From Eledone cirrhosa (taxonomy: Eukaryota): a DNA stretch of 64,000 bases. Location: NCBI GenBank assembly GCA_964016885.1, contig OZ024741.1, positions 126,790,001 to 126,854,000 of the forward strand. Direction: 5' to 3'. Within the stretch, counting starts at the first letter, position 1, and each line of letters opens with the position of its first letter. Below are positions 57,167 through 64,000 of the stretch, piece by piece. The notes under the pieces were generated by a model. It saw only the letters and a program-made list of their open reading frames with translations, made no database searches and was not told where the DNA came from. The position numbers and the translations under genes are program-made.

Positions 57167-59928
57167 CAAAGGAATTGTGGTAAGGAACCAGATGGACTAT
57201 AACGCACCAGAGTACTCAATACTTAGGGTAGTAGAGTGGGTAATAGGAAAAAGTATGACTACGACGGCAGAACTCAAGCCGTCTCTACGACTATTTCTGG
57301 ACTAAATTAGAATATTTAGCCTGGTGAATAAATAGCCGAACTTGTCAAGGGGGTACTTCTTTATATGGAAAGATTGTAGTTGTCAAGTGGATTGGTTAAC
57401 ATTTGTTGTAAACACATATAAGTCTATCATGGCATTTGGTGGAAGGTAGGGGTGGCTGAGCTTGCCTGTAGAATAATAGGGGAGTGAGTGGAGCGGTTAA
57501 GCGTTGAAAGTGATATGTATACAGCAGATTCTAAGGATAGTGGAAGAGGGAGGTTATAGAGTAGGTAAATCAAATGAGAGTAGGAGACAATAAAAGATAA
57601 TAGAAAGAAAGAAAAAAATATATATAAAGTTAGATAGTGAGAAATGAATAAAAAAAATCACAATGCTATCTTACAATTACAGGTTAATAAGTTGAGAATA
57701 GAAAAGACTTGTAGATATTGAGTAGTACCAGAACTGATACAAAATTGAAGGGGTTTAACACGTCTGCTATAAGTATTTAGTAAATCGTATTAGGGCCAAT
57801 TCTATCTTAAAATTACAGGGATGGGGGAACTGATGCTACAGGGGCCCGATGGGCTGCATCGGGGTAGGCGAAAGGGGAAAAGCAGACGAGGAAGAAAATA
57901 GGGCGTGGAAGGAACTGATAGGATGAGACAGGAGGAAGAAGAAGACAAAGAGGAAAAGAAGGAAAGAAAAGAGATACATCTACCTAAGTAAGCTGGGGTT
58001 TCCCCTAACTTATTCGGCAAGTGGGGGTATCAGCCCTTGTCTACCCACCCGGGTCGTTATGGGGTTTGAGGGCGAGGTAACTCCTATACAATCTGTGTTT
58101 GCATGCGGTTACCAGTTCGTCTTTCTTGTTTAGGAGTTGGTCCTTCGAAAACAGCATTTGTAATGTTTCCTCCGAGCATAAGTTACACGGACGGCGTCCT
58201 CCCGTGTAAGAGTTACCTCTGGACAGTAAGCTCCAAGTGAGATTGTAGGTTATATTATTATCTTGGAGGTCCCAGATGTGGCCCGAAAGTGTAGTGGCTT
58301 GTCGCCGGACCGGGTTTCGGAAAGTATGTCGGTGTTGGTAGAGCCGAGTCTTGAAGTCACACGCGGTTAATCCTATATAAGCTTTGTTGGAGGTGTCCGT
58401 CCTCACGTTGCACTGGTAGATCACGTTACATTCTCGGCATTTGTTGTTGAGGGGGCACGTAGATCTATCAGGGCTGTTACACCTCCTGGTGGGCTCTCCA
58501 CTGATGTCTAGGTTATTTCTTCCATAGGGGTTGAGTTTTTTGTTGTTTGAGGAGACGATGTTTTGTGCGAAGTTAGGTGTGGTGCTGTAGGAGAGTTTGG
58601 TGGTGTTTTTGCTGATTATGTTGTGGTAGCGGTGTTGTAGTGGGAGGTAGGGGTGGCTGAACTTGCACCACACCTAACTTCGCACAAAACATCGTCGCCT
58701 CCCCCATAATGCCGAGGTGGCAACAACTATCGGGAAAATCTTTTTTACACTCCTCGGAAAACAATTCCCACTACAACACCGCTACCACAACATAATCAGC
58801 AAAAACACCATCAAACTCTCTTACTCCGGCGACAAACCACTACACTTTCGGGCCACATGTGGGACCTCCAAGATAATAATATAACCTACAATCTCACTTG
58901 GAGCTTACTGTCCAGAGGTAATCTTTCATGGGAGGAAGCCGTCCGTGTAACTTATGCTAGGAGGAAACATTACAAATGCTGTTTCCGAAGGACCAACTCC
59001 TAAACAAGAAAGACGCACTGGTAACCGCATGGAAACACAGATTGCGTAGGACTTACTTCGCCCTCAAACCCCATAACGACCCGAGTGGGTAGACAAGGGC
59101 TGATACCCCCACTTGCCGAATAAGTTAGGGGAAACCCCAGCTTACTTAGGTAGATGTATCTCTTTTCTTTTCTTTTCTTTTCTTTTCTTTTCTTTTCTTT
59201 TCTTTTCTTTTCCTCTTTGTCTTCTTCTTCCCCCTGTCTCATCCTATCACTTCCTTCCACCCCCTATTTTCTTCCTCGTCTGCTTTTCCCCTTTCGCCTA
59301 CCCCGATGCAGCCCATCGGACCTCTGTAGCATCAGTTCCCCCACCCCTGTAATTTTAAGATAGAATTGGCCGAATACGTTTTACTAACTACTTATAGCAG
59401 ACGTGTTAAACCCCTTTCATTTTGCATCAGTTCTGGTACTACTCAATTTCTACAAGTCTTTTCTCTTCTCAACTTATTAACCTGTAATTGTAAGATAGCA
59501 TTGTGATTTTTTTTATTCATTTCTCACTATCTAACTTCATATATTTTTTTTATTTCTTTCTATTATCTTTTATTGTCTCCTACTCTCATTCTATTTACCT
59601 ATTCTATAACCTCCCTCCTCCACTTCATACTCTATCATTAGAATCTGGTGTATACATATCACTTTCAACGCTTGACCGCTCCACTCACTCCCCTATTGTT
59701 CTACAGGGAAGTTCAGCCACGCCTACCTTCCACCAAATGCCATGATAGACTTATATGTGTTTACAGCAAATTTTAACCAATCCTCTTGACAACTACAATT
59801 TTCCCATATAAGGAAGTACCCCTTGACAAGTTCGGCTATTTATTCGCCAGGCTAAAAATTCTAATTTAGTCCAGAAATAGCCGTCGAGACGGCTTGAGCT
59901 CTGCCGTCAGGGTCATACTTTTTCCTAT
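57165..59928. mobile_element. Head-to-head pair of Nematis-like PLE 3' halves (left arm minus 57165-58665, right arm plus about 58697-59928)
   Basis: ORF 58041-58673 reads CPLNNKC..NVIYQCNV...AYIGLTACDFKTRLYQH...TTLSGHIWDL...CNLC..E...LLNKKDE...CKH. The 1.1-kb inverted arms end in (TA)n. Confidence 0.9.
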
Positions 59929-59943
59929 ATATATATCTATCTA

Positions 59944-60022
<79 letters not shown>

Positions 60023-60349
60023 AAATGTATATGTATGTATATATGTATGTATATATGTATATAAATATGTATGTATAAATGTATATATATATATGTTTAT
60101 ATAAATGAAAATAGAGAAATTAATGTGAGCAAGAGGCCAACAGTAATTCAGACATATAAGTTACTATTACGTCAAGATGGAAAATATTTAACGTAAGATA
60201 TGGGAAAATAATTCAAACTCAATTCAAAAAAAGTCAAGACAGAAATTTTATCCACAGATTTTGTGTAATCCAGGGAAAAAACCAATAAAATCTTAACTCA
60301 GAATAAAATTAAGAGTAAGTACTTATCCATATATATATGTATGTCTTTA

Positions 60350-60402
<53 letters not shown>

Positions 60403-60423
60403 ACATGTATGTATATGTATAAA

Positions 60424-60486
<63 letters not shown>

Positions 60487-60933
60487 AGAGAAAGCCTTAA
60501 GCGATACTCCGACCAACTCCATCTCACTCAACAAACATTAGGATATACTTAAGTATTATCCCAATTTAGTGTTTGGGTGCTAACTAATCACTATTTCGTG
60601 GATAGTTGGTTGTATTATTTTATATGAGACAAATAAAGAAAACATTATTTTATATGAGACATTATTAAATAAATATCTCTTTCCTTCCAGACGATCGTTT
60701 CGTTATAAGATTTCTACAATTTGGGATAAATAATTTCCAGGTTATGTAGAAACTTGTATATAATCCCTAGTTTTATACACAAGCGGGCTCTTATAAACTT
60801 ATCAGTGGATACCCAAATTAATATTGATATAAGAATTATATCGACATTAATAGAATGGTGATGGTCTCCCTCAGCGCTAAGAAGAGACTGGTAGATTAGA
60901 ATCCAGCATATATATATATATATATATATACAG

Positions 60934-60988
<55 letters not shown>

Positions 60989-61178
60989 CGGGGGGAAATG
61001 AAAATTGAGAGGGTCGATAAAAGAAAGAAAGTAAGCAAATACATTTGCAGTTGACTTCTATTCACATACTTTGTTAATTTATTCAATATTTATATATATA
61101 GATAATATACTTTGTATAAATAATAATTTGTCTTGTTATTCGACTTAGATGTCATTTCTCATTCCTCTTAATGTATAC

Positions 61179-61210
<32 letters not shown>

Positions 61211-61634
61211 AACTAGCGAGATGTCTTATATATATATAATACAATATGTAGAAAAGATAACAGATTAGAGAGAGAGATAGTGCGCCATCAGTCAAACAGG
61301 GGAAAACCACCAGTGTATGGAATCTATAGCTCATGGAAGGCAGAGTAGACACACAATAATTAAAAGTATAAATTAAAGTGTAAATACATACCTCGATAAC
61401 TATCTAACACACACGTACAAATCCAAAAAGATCTGTTTCGCCAAATAAGTTCTGGACAGAAATGATTGGTCCATGGTTCATCAGCGTGTGTAAGGCTATA
61501 CATGCCAGACAACTCTAAGAGAACCTAAAGCAGCTGTCCAGCCACACGTGGGAGAGAGAATTCACAGCGTGCCTAGGGCAGTAACCAGTGGTCTCTGGAG
61601 GACGAGCTGCTAGAAAGGGCAGCCCAAACCACTA

Positions 61635-61771
61635 AAAATCTACGTGTTTTTCCATATATTTCCTTTCTCTACAAATATATGTACACACACTCCCTCAAAC
61701 ACGTATACATACACAAGTACGCGTGTAAATGACTTAGATCTACACATACACACACATTTACGCATACAGAA

Positions 61772-61836
<65 letters not shown>

Positions 61837-62606
61837 TATTTCCGTAGGAAGGGTAAAGGAAAGGAGAGTGCTCTATCTAAGCTACAGAGCTATTTAGTTA
61901 TATATATATATATTAACGAACACATCTCGCTATTTTTTGAGTGTCTGGAATGTCATTTCACCAAATTATGATAATTTACTTGCTATTTTAGATATTCCAT
62001 CATTCTCTCGTTGGTTTATTCTTTCATTTGTTTATTCTTTTATTCTTTTATTCGTTATCCAGTCCCGGAAATGAACATCTTTTGAAATATTTCATTCATT
62101 GAAACTGTTTTCCTTTAGATCGTGTGTACGTATGTGTTTGTGGAGTTTGTAGTTTCTGTGGTGTGTGTGTGTGATACATATATGACTGTGTGGTTGTGTG
62201 TGTGATGATATATATATGACTGTGCACGTATGCTTGTGATGTGTGTGTGATGATACATATGAATGTGTGTGTGTGCTTGTGGTTATGTGTATGACAACGC
62301 ACGTGTTTGCGGTGTGTGTGTGTGTGTGTGTGTGTGTGCGACTCTGTGTGTGTGCTGTGTGTATTACAGTACGTGCGTTTGTATACGTTTGTTAAGTGTA
62401 TTTGGAAAGGGTGGCGCGGGGTATATAGGGAGACACATTTTATGTTTCCTAAAGGGGTTTGGGTGCTTCTGTATGTGTAAATGTGTGTGTATGTGTAGAT
62501 CTAAGTCATTTACATTCGCGCGTACTTGTGTATGTATACGTGTTTGAGGGAGTGTGTACATATATTTGTAGAGAAAGGAAATATATGGAAAAACACGTAG
62601 ATTTTT
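61635..62606. repeat. About 138-bp inverted repeat (61635-61772 and 62466-62606)
   Basis: aaaatctacgtgtttttccatatatttcc...catacagaag and its reverse complement. Confidence 0.85.
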
Positions 62607-62618
62607 TTTGTTTCGTAA

Positions 62619-62656
<38 letters not shown>

Positions 62657-63065
62657 GTGAGTGTGTGTGTGAGTGTGTGTGTGATAGATATTTCTGATTA
62701 GAAACAGTCTATGATTTTCAAACATTTGGAGGATTTCGTATAATATAACTAACATTCCCATTATTAAATTGGTGTTTGGAAAAAAACAAACCTTCTAACA
62801 AAAGATTATATGTGTACGGTACTAATAAATATATACACTTTAAACAGTCGTGTATCATAAAACCAGGAACGGTTTATTTCATATTAAATATATGTATATG
62901 TATGTGTGTGTTTGTGTGTGGAAGATTTTTAGATAGAAATCTCTACATGCATTCACACATATTCGTATACACACGTGTATACATATATAAAGCACGTATG
63001 TTTCGAAAACGGTGAGCGAAATTTAAAAATTGAATTAGAAGATCTCGCCGTAATTTCAATAAATA

Positions 63066-63255
63066 TAATAATCGTTTCTACTTTAGGTACAAGGCCAGCA
63101 ATTACTCAGTGCATTACTGGTACTTTATTTTATCGACCTCGTAAGGATGAAAGGCAAAGTCAACCTCGACGGGATTGGAACTCAGATTGTAAAGGGACGT
63201 AATTATGCTGGAAAGCATGTCGTCCGACCCTCTACCGATACTGCCAATCCACCAC
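63066..63255 (-). mobile_element. Full-length SINE family A
   Basis: Matches 44281-44467. Confidence 0.9.
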
Positions 63256-63589
63256 CTTATAATTTTATAATAATATAATAATATAATAATAATAACGGCG
63301 CGTATAAGCCCACAGAACGGAAAACTGATGGACATATTTCATTTAGTAAAAGTTACAAGATCTTCTAATTCAACGTACGAGGATCCGAACGACCTATTCA
63401 GTTCATTCAGTTTGGATATTTATGACGGGTATGACATTTTAGACCTGCCAAGGATTTGTAAGCAAATCCACAGACCTTGCAAGGATGAAGTTTACTGGAC
63501 AATATTGTTAGTATGTTTGATAATGCTTTTCTCCTCCCTATAGAAATATATATATATATATAAAATCTGTCTTAAGCCATAAGGTTCAT

Positions 63590-63828
63590 TTGGCCGGTGC
63601 TTATCCCGGTTTCATAGCGTGAAGCCACTGAGAATACAAGACTCCCCACTGGAGAGGACACCTGTCTATCGCAGGGTTAAACCCCCATCTATTGTTGGTA
63701 CTCATTTTCAGCTGAGTATACTGGAGCAACGTGAAATGAAGTGTTTTGTTCAAGAAGACAACACACAACCCAGGAATCGAACCCGCAAATCGTAAGTCCC
63801 ACACCCTCACCACTAGGCAACATGCCTC
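63590..63828 (-). mobile_element. tRNA-derived SINE family B
   Basis: Minus strand reads gcctagtggtgaggg...ggttcgattcc...cttgaacaaaacacttcatttcacgttgctccag. Confidence 0.75.
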
Positions 63829-63856
63829 TATATAAATTTTTTAAAAATCTTTTTAG

Positions 63857-63899
63857 ACCGATCTGAGGATCCGAATAAGGTGAAACAATTGTTCTCGGT
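63857..63899 (+). ncRNA. Minimal hammerhead ribozyme
   Basis: accgat CTGAGGA tcc-gaataa-ggt GAAA caattg TTC tcggt, with palindromic stem III AACAATTGTT. Confidence 0.7.
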
Positions 63900-64000
63900 A
63901 TGGTGTACTAACTGTTGTGGAACTACTTCTACTAAACTCGTCCCATGGACTGGGTGCTCTACTACTACAGATATAACCCTCCGGTGTTCTACTATTATAT

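Noticed and set aside
61420-61635. GC-richer segment as a LINE ORF remnant
   Set aside because: It could not be assigned to any family from the sequence alone.

Overview
AT-rich, microsatellite-dense, repeat-dominated animal DNA. The SINE repertoire resembles that of octopod cephalopods (inference). No intact host protein-coding gene is visible, and nearly all ORFs in the supplied track are low-complexity artefacts. The window contains: (i) many tRNA-headed SINEs of at least two families; (ii) decayed RTE- and CRE-clade LINE fragments; (iii) two non-autonomous Helitrons; (iv) at least six truncated Penelope-like elements (PLEs; C-terminal GIY-YIG, Penelope/Poseidon- and Nematis-like), often with an inverted 3' copy, plus many short foldbacks inside (TA)n tracts; and (v) about 30 minimal type-I hammerhead ribozyme (HHR) motifs, most with a palindromic stem III. 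The standout is a 5.3-kb head-to-head array of a nearly invariant 466-bp unit (31520-36779). Each unit carries an intact hammerhead preceded by a fixed-spacing octamer (ATGCAAAT) and a TATA-like cassette. The same octamer-TATA-hammerhead module, with 81-92 nt from octamer to core, recurs in four other diverged short elements. This suggests a self-promoting, self-cleaving retrozyme family mobilised into (TA)n by PLE machinery.
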